This document shows, piece by piece, positions 49,144-59,518 of a DNA stretch of 61,002 nt. Below the pieces are notes generated by a model that saw only the letters and a program-made list of their open reading frames with translations, was not told the origin of the DNA and made no database searches. Source of the stretch: Casimicrobiaceae bacterium (GTDB lineage Bacteria; Pseudomonadota; Gammaproteobacteria; Burkholderiales; Casimicrobiaceae); assembly GCA_035996965.1 (NCBI GenBank), contig DASYJB010000011.1, positions 1-61,002 of the forward strand, written 5' to 3'. A program made the translations under genes and the position numbers. The stretch's first letter is position 1, and every line of letters begins with the position of its first letter.

Positions 49144-49833
49144 ATGCGCAATATTCCGACAGCGATGACCCAGGACGAACTCAAGCAGATGGTCGCGCGC
49201 GAGGCGATCAAGTATGTCGTCGACGATGCCTATATCGGCGTCGGCAGCGGCTCGACCGCCAATTTTTTCATCGATGAGCTCGCCGCCATCAAGGGGCGCA
49301 TCCGGGGCGCGGTGGCGAGCTCGGTCAAGACCGCCGAGCGACTGCGCAAACACGCGATTCCCGTGGTCGAGCTCACCGCCGTCGATTCGCTGCCGGTATA
49401 CATCGACGGCGCCGACGAGACCACCGCGCACGGGGCGATGATCAAGGGAGGCGGCGGTGCGCTGACGCGGGAGAAGATCGTTGCCGCCGTCGCCGCGAAA
49501 TACGTCTGCATCGTCGACCAGTCCAAGCTGGTCGGCGTGCTCGGCAACTTCCCGCTGCCGGTCGAGGTGATCCCGATGGCCAAGAGCCACGTCGCCCACG
49601 AGCTGGTCAAGCTCGGCGGCCGGCCCGAATTGCGCGCCGGGTTCATCACCGACAACGGGAATGTAATCCTCGACGTGGCGGATTTGCGCATCCTGAATCC
49701 GACGGAGCTCGAAGCGCGCATCAACAATATCGTCGGTGTCGTGACCAACGGCCTGTTCGCCATTCGAGGCGCGGATGTCATCCTGGTCGGGACGCCGACC
49801 GGCGTCATGACGCTCGACGCGCATCGGTTCTAG
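49144..49833 (+). CDS. rpiA: ribose-5-phosphate isomerase A
   Basis: Motifs are [15 protein letters not shown] and IDGADE. The ATG at 49144 has a GAGGG RBS. The ATG at 49165 (MTQDELK) matches the E. coli N-terminus and is an alternative start. Confidence 0.93.
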   Translation: MRNIPTAMTQDELKQMVAREAIKYVVDDAYIGVGSGSTANFFIDELAAIKGRIRGAVASSVKTAERLRKHAIPVVELTAVDSLPVYIDGADETTAHGAMIKGGGGALTREKIVAAVAAKYVCIVDQSKLVGVLGNFPLPVEVIPMAKSHVAHELVKLGGRPELRAGFITDNGNVILDVADLRILNPTELEARINNIVGVVTNGLFAIRGADVILVGTPTGVMTLDAHRF

Positions 49834-49865
49834 CGGGTCCTCGCGCCAGGCCATAGAATGCAGCC

Positions 49866-51146
49866 ATGACGAACCTGAGCGTTCCCCATCTCGACCTTGC
49901 CGCCTACATGCGCGAGGTCGGCGAACGGGCCCGCGCGGCGGCGCGCGTCGTCGCGCGAGCGCCGACAAAGGCAAAGGACGCCGCGCTGGAAGCCGCGGCC
50001 GCCGCGATCGAACGCGACGCCCGGGCGCTGCTCGCCGCGAACGCGGCCGATGTCGCGGCATCGCGCGCCGCCGGCGACGACGATGCATTCATCGACCGGC
50101 TGGCGTTGAACCCCGAACGCGTTGCCGCGATGGCGGACGGCCTGCGCCAGGTCGCCGCATTGCCCGACCCGGTGGGCGAGATCACCGAACTCAAATACCG
50201 GCCGACCGGCATCCAGGTCGGGCGGATGCGCGTACCGCTCGGCGTGATCGGCATCGTTTACGAATCGCGGCCGAACGTGACGGCCGACGCCGCCTCGCTG
50301 TGCCTCAAATCGGGCAATGCGGCCATCCTGCGCGGCGGGTCCGAAGCGATGCGTTCCAACCAGGCGATCGCCGCGTGCATGCACGAAGGCCTCGCCGCGG
50401 CCGGCCTGCCCGAGGACGCGGTTCAGGCGATCGCGACCAGCGATCGCGCCGCCGTGGGCATGCTCGCGACAATGGACCGCTATGTCGACGTGCTGGTGCC
50501 GCGCGGCGGCAAGGGTCTGATCCAGCGCGTGGCCGACGAAGCGACGGTGCCGGTGATCAAGCATCTGGACGGCGTCTGTCATGTGTTCATCGACGAGCAC
50601 GCCGACGTCGACATGGCGATCCGCATCGCCGACAACGCCAAGACGCAGCGCTACAGTCCGTGCAACACGATGGAGACGCTGCTGGTGCACGAGCGCGTCG
50701 CCGCGCAGGTGCTGGTCCCTCTGGCACGGATCTACGCCGACAAGGGCGTCGAGCTCCGCGGCGACGCCGCCGCGCGCGGGCTCGTCCCGGCGATGAAACC
50801 GGCGACCGAACAGGACTGGACGACCGAATACCTGGCACCGATCCTCGCCATCCGCGTCGTGGCAAGCCTCGATGCGGCAATCGAGCACATCGCCCGCTAT
50901 GGCTCGCAGCACACCGACGCGATCGTCACTTCGCACTACGACAACGCGATGCGGTTCTTGCGCGAAGTCGATTCGAGCTCGGTGATTGTCAATGCGTCGA
51001 CACGGTTCGCCGACGGCTTCGAGTACGGCCTGGGCGCCGAGATCGGTATTTCGACCAACAAGCTGCACGCTCGCGGCCCGGTGGGCCTCGAAGGCCTGAC
51101 CAGCCAGAAATGGATCGTGCTCGGCACCGGGCAGATCCGCGGCTGA
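49866..51146 (+). CDS. proA: glutamate-5-semialdehyde dehydrogenase (gamma-glutamyl phosphate reductase)
   Basis: The product is 426 aa with an aldehyde dehydrogenase fold. Supporting segments are LRGGSEA and [22 protein letters not shown]. Confidence 0.94.
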   Translation: MTNLSVPHLDLAAYMREVGERARAAARVVARAPTKAKDAALEAAAAAIERDARALLAANAADVAASRAAGDDDAFIDRLALNPERVAAMADGLRQVAALPDPVGEITELKYRPTGIQVGRMRVPLGVIGIVYESRPNVTADAASLCLKSGNAAILRGGSEAMRSNQAIAACMHEGLAAAGLPEDAVQAIATSDRAAVGMLATMDRYVDVLVPRGGKGLIQRVADEATVPVIKHLDGVCHVFIDEHADVDMAIRIADNAKTQRYSPCNTMETLLVHERVAAQVLVPLARIYADKGVELRGDAAARGLVPAMKPATEQDWTTEYLAPILAIRVVASLDAAIEHIARYGSQHTDAIVTSHYDNAMRFLREVDSSSVIVNASTRFADGFEYGLGAEIGISTNKLHARGPVGLEGLTSQKWIVLGTGQIRG

Positions 51147-51174
51147 TGCCGTCCGCCGCGCCGCCAGGCGCCTG

Positions 51175-52080
51175 ATGTCGACGTCGGTCACGCTCTCGAT
51201 CGGCACCAACACGGTGATCGCCGCTGCCAAGGGCTTCGGCTGGTTCGTCACCGGGTCGCCGACGCTGTTCGCCGAGACGATCCACTCGCTCGCCGACGTG
51301 GCCAATCAGGTCCTGCTGAAGACCGGCGAGGTGCGCGCCAGGATGCCCGCCGACGGCGAGCATCCGTTCGGACACGGCCAGGAAAAATACTTCTGGGCGC
51401 TGGTTTCCGCCGTCAGTGTGTTCTTCGTCGGCTGCGGGCTCAATGTCTACCACGGCATCCATGCGCTGATCGTGCTCGCGCCGGTCGAGCCGTTCACGCC
51501 GCTGGTGCTCGGCCTATTGCTGCTCGCCTTCGTGCTGGAATCGTTCACGCTGGTCGTCGCCCTGCGCGAGATCGGCGGCTGGAAGGGCGTGCTCGCCAAC
51601 CGCCACAACACGACCGTGCTCGCGGTCGTCCTCGAAGACGCCGTCGCGCTGTTCGGGATCGTGCTGACGCTGGTCGTCGCCGGGGTATCGTTCGCGTGGG
51701 GACCGCACCCGGCATTCGACGCCGCGGTCGCAATCGTGGTGGGCGCGATGCTCGGCGCGATGGCGCTATTTCTGGCGTCGATCAACCGCCGGCTGCTGAT
51801 CGACATCTCCGACGTCGACCTCGATCGCGCCGCGCAACGATTCCTCGGCGAGCAGGGTGTCGCCGCCGAGGTGAGCTCGGTCGTCGTCGATGACGATCAT
51901 ACCGTCGTGTTCCTGCGGGCGCTGCCCGGCAGCGCCCGCCCATTCGACACCTCGGATTCCTATGCGCTGGGCGAGGCCCTGAAGGCGCAGCTGCTGGCCG
52001 CCGCCGGCAAGACGATCGATGAGGTCTACTGGAAATTCCCGCTGGCGCCCGGGCTGGCCGGCGCGACAAGCGATCGATGA
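51175..52080 (+). CDS. cation diffusion facilitator (CDF) family transporter
   Basis: The product is 301 aa with six hydrophobic segments. The CDF signature region is AETIHSLADVANQVLL...HPFGHGQEKYFWAL. Confidence 0.85.
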   Translation: MSTSVTLSIGTNTVIAAAKGFGWFVTGSPTLFAETIHSLADVANQVLLKTGEVRARMPADGEHPFGHGQEKYFWALVSAVSVFFVGCGLNVYHGIHALIVLAPVEPFTPLVLGLLLLAFVLESFTLVVALREIGGWKGVLANRHNTTVLAVVLEDAVALFGIVLTLVVAGVSFAWGPHPAFDAAVAIVVGAMLGAMALFLASINRRLLIDISDVDLDRAAQRFLGEQGVAAEVSSVVVDDDHTVVFLRALPGSARPFDTSDSYALGEALKAQLLAAAGKTIDEVYWKFPLAPGLAGATSDR

Positions 52081-52655
52081 TGCAAGCGACGCAGCAGCAG
52101 ATACTCGACTTCTGGTTCGGCCCGCCGGGCGGCGCCGACTATGGTACGACGCGCGATGCCTGGTTTCGCAAGAACGCTGCTTTCGACGCCGAGATCCGGC
52201 TGCGGTTCGGCGCAGTGATCGACACCGCGCTGGGCGGCGGCCTCGCCGACTGGACCGCCCCGCGCGCCGCGCTCGCGCGGATAATCGTGCTCGACCAGTT
52301 CACGCGCAACTGTTATCGCGACTCGGCACGCGCGTTCGCCGGCGACGCCCAGGCACTTGCGGCTGCGACCGCCGCCGTCGATCATGAGCAGGACCGCGAG
52401 CTGATTCCGGTCGAGCGCTGGTTCCTGTACATGCCGTTCGTGCACGCTGAATCGCCTGTCGCCCAGGCTCGCTCGCTGGCGCTGTTCACGCGGCTTGCGC
52501 ACGAGACCGGCCTCGCCGATCCGCTGGCATGGGCGGAGAAGCACGCCGTTATCATCCGTCGCTTCGGCCGATATCCGCATCGCAACACATTGCTCGGCCG
52601 CGCATCGACAGCGGAGGAAATCGCCTTTCTCGGGACGCAGGGCAGCAATTTCTGA
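52077..52655 (+). CDS. DUF924 family protein
   Basis: Motifs are ILDFWFG and RIIVLDQFTRNCYR, with the C-terminal RFGRYPHRN. It has an ATGA overlap with the CDF gene. Confidence 0.85.
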   Translation: MMQATQQQILDFWFGPPGGADYGTTRDAWFRKNAAFDAEIRLRFGAVIDTALGGGLADWTAPRAALARIIVLDQFTRNCYRDSARAFAGDAQALAAATAAVDHEQDRELIPVERWFLYMPFVHAESPVAQARSLALFTRLAHETGLADPLAWAEKHAVIIRRFGRYPHRNTLLGRASTAEEIAFLGTQGSNF

Positions 52656-52676
52656 ACGCTGAGCTAACATCTGCCA

Positions 52677-54290
52677 ATGGATCTGATTGAAGTCACGCTG
52701 GGACTGCTGCTTGCGGTCGCCGCCGTGGCCGCGCTCGGCAAATGGGTCGGAGCGCCGCTGCCGCTGCTGCTCGTCGCCGGCGGCGTGTGCCTGTCGTTCC
52801 TGCCGGGTTTCCGCTCGCTCTCGATCGCGCCGGACATCTTTTTTCTGTTGTTCATTCCGCCGCTGCTGTTCGCCGACGCCTGGTTGATACCCAAGCGCGA
52901 CCTGCTCAAGGTGATCCGGCCGGTGCTGCTGCTCGCCTTCGGCCTCGTGTTCTTGACGGTGCTGGTCGTCGGCTATTTGATGCATTGGCTGGTTCCCGAC
53001 CTCCCGCTCGCGGCGGCATTCGCGCTCGGCGCAGTGATCTCGCCGACCGACGCGGTCGCGGTCAGGGCGGTCACCTCGAAACTCGCGATTCCCTCGCGCG
53101 TCTCGACGATCGTCGACGGCGAAAGCCTGATCAACGACGCATCGGGGCTGATCGCGTTCAAGTTCGCGATCGCGGCGGCGATGACCGGCGCCTTCAGCGG
53201 GGAGAGCGCCGCGCTGCAGTTCTTCGTCTCGTCGGGCGGCGGCTTCCTGCTCGGACTGGCGATTGCCTGGACGATAGGCCAGGCGCGGGTCGGCCTGCGC
53301 CGGTTCTGTGCCGACGACCCGACGATCCAGACGGTGATCTCGCTGCTGACGCCCTACGCGGCGTATCTAGCGGCTGAGGCGCTGGGCGTCGGCACCATCC
53401 TGGCCGTCGTCGGCGCGGGACTCTACGCCGGCGCGCACGACCTCAGGAATCTCGACGCCGCGACGCGCGCGCATTCGTGGGAAGTGTGGCGAATGGTGCT
53501 GTTCGCGTTCAACGGCCTGGTGTTCGTGCTGCTCGGCGTCGAGCTGCATTCGATCATCGGCGCGCTGTCGCGCTCGAGCGCGCTCGAGCTCGCCGGCTAC
53601 GCGCTGGCGCTGTCGGCCATCGTGATCGTGCTGCGCATCCTCTGGGTCTTTCCTGCCGCGTACCTGCCGTTGCTGCTGTCGCGGCGGATTCGCGAACGCG
53701 AAGGCGTGCACAGTCCGCGCGCGGTATTCCTGACCGGATGGGCGGGCATACGCGGCTCGATCACGCTGGCCGCCGCGCTTTCGATTCCGTTCGTGACCTC
53801 CACCGGGGCGCCGTTTCCGGGCCGCGAGCTGATCATCCTGCTCGCGGCGAGCGTGATCATCGTCACGCTGCTGGTCAACGGAATGACGCTTCCGCTGCTG
53901 ATTCGCTGGCTCGATATCCACGGGGACCGCATCGCCGAGCGCGAGGAGCGCGCCGCCCGCATCGCGACCGCTCAGGCGGCGATCGAGAGCTTGCGCAAGC
54001 GTCTGCCGCGGCTGACGAACAGCGAGGAGACCGCGTTCGCGAATTCGCTGCTCGGGCAATACGAGCAGCGGCTGCAGCGCTATTCGGCCAATGCGGAGAG
54101 AAGGAACCGGCTCGACGCCCAGCACGCGAGCGAGCGCCGGATCTGGCTGGCGGCGATCGACGCCGAGCGCGCCGAGCTGATGCAGATGCGCGAAACCGAC
54201 GTGATCAACGATGCCGTGCTGCGCCGCCTCCAGGTCGATCTGGACCTGGAGGAAACGCGCATCACCGGTGCGGCACGCGATGCGATCTGA
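52677..54290 (+). CDS. Na+/H+ antiporter (CPA1, NhaP-type)
   Basis: The product is 537 aa. A polytopic N-terminal domain contains VISPTDAVAV and ESLINDASGL. A cytoplasmic helical tail follows. Confidence 0.88.
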   Translation: MDLIEVTLGLLLAVAAVAALGKWVGAPLPLLLVAGGVCLSFLPGFRSLSIAPDIFFLLFIPPLLFADAWLIPKRDLLKVIRPVLLLAFGLVFLTVLVVGYLMHWLVPDLPLAAAFALGAVISPTDAVAVRAVTSKLAIPSRVSTIVDGESLINDASGLIAFKFAIAAAMTGAFSGESAALQFFVSSGGGFLLGLAIAWTIGQARVGLRRFCADDPTIQTVISLLTPYAAYLAAEALGVGTILAVVGAGLYAGAHDLRNLDAATRAHSWEVWRMVLFAFNGLVFVLLGVELHSIIGALSRSSALELAGYALALSAIVIVLRILWVFPAAYLPLLLSRRIREREGVHSPRAVFLTGWAGIRGSITLAAALSIPFVTSTGAPFPGRELIILLAASVIIVTLLVNGMTLPLLIRWLDIHGDRIAEREERAARIATAQAAIESLRKRLPRLTNSEETAFANSLLGQYEQRLQRYSANAERRNRLDAQHASERRIWLAAIDAERAELMQMRETDVINDAVLRRLQVDLDLEETRITGAARDAI

Positions 54291-54341
54291 ACACGGCCTC
54301 GCGCGCGGCGTCGCCGCCGGTAGTGCGAAAGCGTGCCGGCG

Positions 54342-55016
54342 ATGAGCGGGACGATCGGCATCCTCGGCGGGACTTTCGATCCGATTCACTACGGACATCT
54401 GCGCGCCGCCGCCGAGGTGCGGGACCAGTTGCGCCTCGACGAGGTGCGTCTGATTCCCGCCAGCGTTCCGCCACACCGGCCGGCTCCGGTGGCACCCGCT
54501 GAAGCGCGGCTTGCAATGACAATGCTGGGCTGCGCGGAGTTTCCCGGTCTCATTGCCGACGATCGCGAGATCCGGCGGCCGGGACCGAGCTACACCGTGC
54601 AGACGCTGCAGGAAATGCACGACGAGAATGCGGGCCGGCCGCTGGCGATGATCATCGGCAGCGACGCCTTCTGCGGCATTGCGAGCTGGCGGCGCTGGGA
54701 GCAGCTTTTCACGCTCGCGCATTTCATCGTCATCGACCGTCCGGACCGACCTTTCGCGCTGGACGCGCTGGAACCGGCGCTGAAAATCCAGTGCGAGCGG
54801 CGACTGACCACCGATCCGATGCGGCTGTCGCGGCAGCTCGCCGGCGCAGTCCTGCGGCTGGCGGTGACGCCGCAGCCGATTTCGGCGACCGCGCTGCGCG
54901 CGGCGCTCGCCGACGGAGCCGAGGCACGAGCGCGAATCCGCGGTTTGCTTCCCGCCGCCGTTCTGGCTTATATTGAACGCAACCAACTCTATCGATCCGT
55001 TCCGGATGCGCGCTAA
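54342..55016 (+). CDS. nadD: nicotinate-nucleotide adenylyltransferase
   Basis: The motif is GILGGTFDPIHYGHL. I chose the ATG at 54342; a GTG at 54333 is also possible. Confidence 0.92.
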   Translation: MSGTIGILGGTFDPIHYGHLRAAAEVRDQLRLDEVRLIPASVPPHRPAPVAPAEARLAMTMLGCAEFPGLIADDREIRRPGPSYTVQTLQEMHDENAGRPLAMIIGSDAFCGIASWRRWEQLFTLAHFIVIDRPDRPFALDALEPALKIQCERRLTTDPMRLSRQLAGAVLRLAVTPQPISATALRAALADGAEARARIRGLLPAAVLAYIERNQLYRSVPDAR

Positions 55017-55362
55017 CAAGATTCAGAAGACCGCAATCACCGCCCTCGAAGACATCAAAGCCCGCGACATCACCGTGCTGGATGTCCGCAAGCTCACCAG
55101 CCTCTACGACACGCTGATCATTGCCACCGCCGAATCGGGCCGGCAGGCGGGTGCGCTGGCGCGCCACGTCCGCGATTCGCTGAAGGCGGCAGGTGCGACG
55201 ATCGTCGGCGTCGAAGGCGAGGCGTCGGGCGAGTGGGTGCTGGTCGATGCCGGCGAGATCGTCGTGCACATCATGCAGCCGGCGGTGCGCACCTACTACA
55301 ATCTCGAAGAGCTCTGGACGCCGCCGGAACCGCGGCGCCGCGCCCGCGCAGTCGCAGCATAG
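55006..55362 (+). CDS. rsfS: ribosome silencing factor RsfS
   Basis: The ATG at 55006 gives 118 aa and overlaps nadD by 11 nt. Motifs are DITVLDVRKLTSLYDTLIIATAES and IVVHIMQP. The nadD-rsfS-rlmH order is conserved. Confidence 0.9.
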   Translation: MRANKIQKTAITALEDIKARDITVLDVRKLTSLYDTLIIATAESGRQAGALARHVRDSLKAAGATIVGVEGEASGEWVLVDAGEIVVHIMQPAVRTYYNLEELWTPPEPRRRARAVAA

Positions 55363-55383
55363 CGCGGCGCATCCGGGCGCGCG

Positions 55384-55851
55384 ATGAAGCTCCGTCTCGT
55401 CGCGCTGAATGCAAGGCTTCCGGCCTGGGTCGCCGCCGGCTACGCCGAATATGCGCGCCGGCTGGCGCGCGATTTCACCCTCGACCTCATCGAGCTCAAG
55501 CCCGAGCCGCGCGATCGCGGCAAAAGCACGGCGCAGATCCTCACCGCCGAAGCGGCGCGGATTGCCGACGCGACCGGCGGCTATCATGTCGTCGCGCTCG
55601 ACGAGCGCGGCCAATCCTGGACGACGGCGCAATTCGCCGCGAAGCTCGCCGCCTGGCGCGAGCGCGCGCTGGCGGTCGCGTTCGTCATTGGCAGCGCGGA
55701 CGGGCTGGCTCCTGTCGTCAAGCGCAACGCGGATGCGGTGCTCGCGCTTTCCGCGCTAACATTGCCGCACGGGCTTGCACGGGTCGTGCTCGCCGAACAG
55801 CTGTATCGCGCAACGAGCATGCTGTCGGGACATCCGTACCATCGCGAATGA
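55384..55851 (+). CDS. rlmH: 23S rRNA (pseudouridine1915-N3)-methyltransferase RlmH
   Basis: The product is 155 aa with a SPOUT fold. The C-terminus is LSALTLPHGLARVVLAEQLYRA...GHPYHRE. Confidence 0.92.
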   Translation: MKLRLVALNARLPAWVAAGYAEYARRLARDFTLDLIELKPEPRDRGKSTAQILTAEAARIADATGGYHVVALDERGQSWTTAQFAAKLAAWRERALAVAFVIGSADGLAPVVKRNADAVLALSALTLPHGLARVVLAEQLYRATSMLSGHPYHRE

Positions 55852-56483
55852 GCACGCTCTTCATGCTGACCGAGCGTCCGTCGGTCTATCTGGCTTCGAA
55901 AAGCCCGCGCCGGCAGGAGTTGCTTCGGCAGATCGGCGTCGAATTCGAGGAGCTGCTGCTGCGCGAGGCGCCGGGGCGCCGGCGCGACATCGTCGAGGTC
56001 CCGCGCAAGGACGAAGCTCCGTTCGAATACGTCAAGCGCGTCGCGCGCACCAAGGCCGCCGTCGGCTGGCATCGTATGGGCCGCCGCGAGTTGCCGCCGA
56101 AGCCGGTGCTCGCGGCGGATACCGAAGTCGTCGTCGACGGTGTCGTGCTGGGCAAGCCCGACGACGCACCCGACGCGGCTTCGATGCTGGAGCGATTGTC
56201 GGGCCGCACGCACGACGTCCTGACCGCCGTGGCGATCCGCTGGAACGCGCAGATCGTGCTCGGCTTGTCGGTGTCGCGCGTAAGCTTCCGCGCCATCCCG
56301 CGCGACGAGATCGAGCGCTACATTGCGACCGGCGAGCCGTTCGACAAGGCCGGGGCCTACGCGATCCAGGGGCGCGCCGCGACCTTCGTCAGCCGCCTGG
56401 AGGGCAGCTATTCGGGCGTGATGGGCTTGCCGCTGTTCGAAACCGCAGAGATTCTCGCCAAAATCGGGTTCCACGTCATATGA
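55848..56483 (+). CDS. maf: Maf-like nucleoside triphosphate pyrophosphatase
   Basis: The ATG at 55848 overlaps the rlmH stop. Motifs are YLASKSPRRQELL, AADTEVVVDG and KAGAYAIQG. Confidence 0.9.
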   Translation: MSTLFMLTERPSVYLASKSPRRQELLRQIGVEFEELLLREAPGRRRDIVEVPRKDEAPFEYVKRVARTKAAVGWHRMGRRELPPKPVLAADTEVVVDGVVLGKPDDAPDAASMLERLSGRTHDVLTAVAIRWNAQIVLGLSVSRVSFRAIPRDEIERYIATGEPFDKAGAYAIQGRAATFVSRLEGSYSGVMGLPLFETAEILAKIGFHVI

Positions 56484-56608
56484 AGCCTTCCGAAGACCTG
56501 CTGTACACTGCGGTTGCCCATTCGACGCCGCCGGCCGAGGCGGCTGCCGCTCCCCATCCGCAACCGGCCGCGACCGAGCTTTCGACGGCATCGCAGCGCG
56601 CCCACGCC

Positions 56609-58063
56609 ATGAGTCACGACATCCTCGTCAACGTCACGCCGCAGGAGACGCGCGTAGCAATGCTCGAGCAGGGAGTCGTGCAGGAGCTGCACATCGAGCG
56701 TGCCAGCGCGCGCGGCCTGGTCGGCAACGTCTACCTTGGCCGGATCGCTCGCGTCCTGCCGGGAATGCAGTCCGCGTTCATCGAAATCGGACTCGAGCGC
56801 GCCGCATTCCTGCATATCGCCGACATCTGGGAGCACCGGCAGAACGCTCATGAAAATCGCCCGATCGAGCGGATCCTCCACGAGGGCCAGTCGCTGCTGA
56901 TCCAGGTGATCAAGGATCCGATCGGCACCAAGGGCGCCCGCCTGTCGACGCAGATCAGCCTGGCCGGCAGGCTGCTGGTCTATCTGCCACAGGATTCGCA
57001 TATCGGCATATCGCAGCGCATCGAGGACGAGGCCGAGCGGGAGATGCTGCGCGAAAAGCTGCAGCAGCTGCTGCCGGAAGGGCTCGCCGGCGGTTTCATC
57101 ATCCGCACCATGGCGGAAACCGCCAGCGAGCGCGAAATGCAGAACGACATCGAGTACCTGACCAAGCTGTGGCGCGACCTGACCGAGAAGTCCCGGTCGG
57201 TTCCGCAACAGTCGCTGGTCTACCAGGACCTGAACCTGGCGCAGCGGGTGCTGCGCGACATGACGACCGAGGAAACGTCCCGGATCCTGGTCGATTCGCG
57301 CGAGACGTTCCAGAAAATGCAGGAATTCGCCGCCCAGTACACGCAAAACATACTCGATCGCATCGAGCATTACGCAGGCGATCGGCCGCTGTACGATCTG
57401 CACGGAGTCGAGGACGAGATACAGAAGGCGCTGGCCCGGCGCGTCGACCTGAAGTCGGGCGGCTATCTGATCATCGACCAGACCGAGGCAATGACGACGA
57501 TCGACGTCAACACCGGCGGCTTCGTCGGCGGCCGCAGCTTCGACGACACGATCTTCAAGACCAATCTCGAGGCGGCGCAGGTAATCGCGCGGCAGCTGCG
57601 GCTGCGCAATCTCGGCGGGATCATCATCATCGACTTCATCGACATGGAGAACGCCGACCATCGCGCCTCGGTGCTCGCCGAATTCAACAAGGCGCTCGAG
57701 CGCGATCGCACCCGGCTGACGGTCAACGGCTTCACGCAGCTGGGCCTGGTCGAGATGACGCGCAAGCGCACCCGCGAAAGCCTGGCGCACGTGCTGTGCG
57801 AGCCCTGTTCGACCTGCGGCGGGCGAGGCGAAATCAAGACCGCGCAGACGATCTGCTACGAGATATTGCGCGAGGTCGTGCGCGAGTCCAGGCAGTTCAA
57901 TGCGCGGGCCTTTCGCATCCTCGCCTCGCAGTCGGTCATCGATCTGTTCCTCGAGGAGGAATCGCAAAGCCTCGCCCAGCTCGGCGATTTCATCGGCAAG
58001 CCGATTTCCCTGCAGGTCGAATCGATCTACACGCAGGAACAGTACGACATCGTGCTGATTTGA
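56609..58063 (+). CDS. rng: ribonuclease G
   Basis: Homology-like sequence begins at the ATG at 56609 (MSHDILVNVTPQETRVAMLE). The S1 domain is VGNVYLGRIARVLPGMQSAFIEIG. The catalytic region is IDVNTGGFVG. An in-frame ATG at 56480 (ATGA overlap with maf) would add 43 aa. Confidence 0.92.
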   Translation: MSHDILVNVTPQETRVAMLEQGVVQELHIERASARGLVGNVYLGRIARVLPGMQSAFIEIGLERAAFLHIADIWEHRQNAHENRPIERILHEGQSLLIQVIKDPIGTKGARLSTQISLAGRLLVYLPQDSHIGISQRIEDEAEREMLREKLQQLLPEGLAGGFIIRTMAETASEREMQNDIEYLTKLWRDLTEKSRSVPQQSLVYQDLNLAQRVLRDMTTEETSRILVDSRETFQKMQEFAAQYTQNILDRIEHYAGDRPLYDLHGVEDEIQKALARRVDLKSGGYLIIDQTEAMTTIDVNTGGFVGGRSFDDTIFKTNLEAAQVIARQLRLRNLGGIIIIDFIDMENADHRASVLAEFNKALERDRTRLTVNGFTQLGLVEMTRKRTRESLAHVLCEPCSTCGGRGEIKTAQTICYEILREVVRESRQFNARAFRILASQSVIDLFLEEESQSLAQLGDFIGKPISLQVESIYTQEQYDIVLI

Positions 58064-58103
58064 TCGCCGCGCTCGCGCAAAGGGTCGCGCCGCGATCGCA
58101 CCG

Positions 58104-59111
58104 ATGATAGCCAAACTCTGGTCCGCCGCGCGCGAATGGGCTGCGCGCCTGTTCCGGCGGAAGCCCGCCGAGCCCGGCCGTTTCGTCGCCGACAGCAAAC
58201 TGGCGTGGCGCGGCTGGCTGGCGGTCACGCCCTGGCTCTGGCCGTCGCGCGAATACCTGGTCTACGTGCCCCGCGCGTACGGCGGCTGGAGACGGCGGCC
58301 GTTGCTGGTGCTGCTGCACGGCTGCCGGCAGACGCCCGAGGATTTCGCTGCGGCCACGCGAATCGCGGCGCTCGCCGACAGCAACGGATGGCTGGTCCTG
58401 CTGCCGCGGCAGTCGAGCAAGGCCAATGCCTGGACTTGCTGGAACTGGTTCGACAAGGCGACCAGCGCCGGGCGCGGCGAGGCGGCGATCATCGCTGCGC
58501 AGATTCGCGCCGTGCGCCGGGCGTATCGCGTGCACCCGCGGCGGATATTCGCCGCTGGCATGTCCGCCGGCGGCTGCCTCGCCACGGTGCTGGGCCTGCG
58601 TTATCCGGCACTATTCGCCGGCGTGGCCGTACATTCCGCCGTCGCCTGCGGGGCGGCGTCGGGGCCGATGGCCGCGATGCAGGTGCTCGCCCACGGTGCC
58701 GATACTGCGGTCGAACAGATCGGCGCGACCGCGCGCGACGTCGCACCCCGGCGCGCGTTGCCGGTCCCATTGCTGGTCGTGCACGGCGGCGACGACCACG
58801 TCGTCTCGCTGCGCAACGCGCGGCAACTCGTGCGGCAATACCTGGTGTTCAACGGTCGCCTCGACGCGAAAGAGATGGCGCCGGACGAGCTGCCGCCGCC
58901 CGACCGGGAGATCACGCAACAGCTGGCTCCCGGACGCACGGCGACGACGATCGAGTATCGCGACGGTAGTCGCACATTGGTCCGCATGGTGCGTGTCAAC
59001 GGCCTCGGCCACGCCTGGAGCGGCGGCGACCCTACCTTCCCGTACAATGATCCGCAGCCGCCCGATGCGACGGCGTTGCTCGGCGCATTCGTCGCCGAAG
59101 AGATCCGCTAG
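58104..59111 (+). CDS. PHB-depolymerase-family esterase (alpha/beta hydrolase)
   Basis: Motifs are LLVLLHGCRQTPEDF and CWNWF. The nucleophile elbow is GMSAGG. Confidence 0.85.
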   Translation: MIAKLWSAAREWAARLFRRKPAEPGRFVADSKLAWRGWLAVTPWLWPSREYLVYVPRAYGGWRRRPLLVLLHGCRQTPEDFAAATRIAALADSNGWLVLLPRQSSKANAWTCWNWFDKATSAGRGEAAIIAAQIRAVRRAYRVHPRRIFAAGMSAGGCLATVLGLRYPALFAGVAVHSAVACGAASGPMAAMQVLAHGADTAVEQIGATARDVAPRRALPVPLLVVHGGDDHVVSLRNARQLVRQYLVFNGRLDAKEMAPDELPPPDREITQQLAPGRTATTIEYRDGSRTLVRMVRVNGLGHAWSGGDPTFPYNDPQPPDATALLGAFVAEEIR

Positions 59112-59134
59112 ATGCGGCAGTAAGGAGACACGCG

Positions 59135-59518
59135 ATGGCAGTCGCAGGCATGAACCACTTCACGATTCTCACCGACGACGTCGACAAGACGGTGCGCTTC
59201 TACGGCGAGCTCCTGGGTCTCGAGCCCGGCCCGCGGCCGAATTTCAACTTTCCCGGCGCGTGGCTATACGCCGGCGGCCAGCCGATATTGCATATCATCG
59301 GCGGCCGCCCGAAAAGCGAGCTCAAGCCGGGCGTGATCGACCACATGGCGTTCAGCGGCAAGGATCTTGCCGCGACCTTGTCGGTACTGAAGGCGCACGA
59401 GGTCGAATATGATTGCCGGCAGCAAGCCGGCACCGGACTTTGGCAGGTATTCTTTTTCGACCCGAACGGCGCCAAGGTCGAGCTCGATTTCCCCGCCAGC
59501 GAGCGCGCCCAGGGCTGA
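59135..59518 (+). CDS. VOC (glyoxalase/bleomycin-resistance/dioxygenase) family protein
   Basis: The product is 127 aa. An AAGGAGA RBS precedes the start. The motif is MNHFTILTDDVDKTVRFYGELLGL...FFFDPNGAKVELDF. Confidence 0.88.
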   Translation: MAVAGMNHFTILTDDVDKTVRFYGELLGLEPGPRPNFNFPGAWLYAGGQPILHIIGGRPKSELKPGVIDHMAFSGKDLAATLSVLKAHEVEYDCRQQAGTGLWQVFFFDPNGAKVELDFPASERAQG

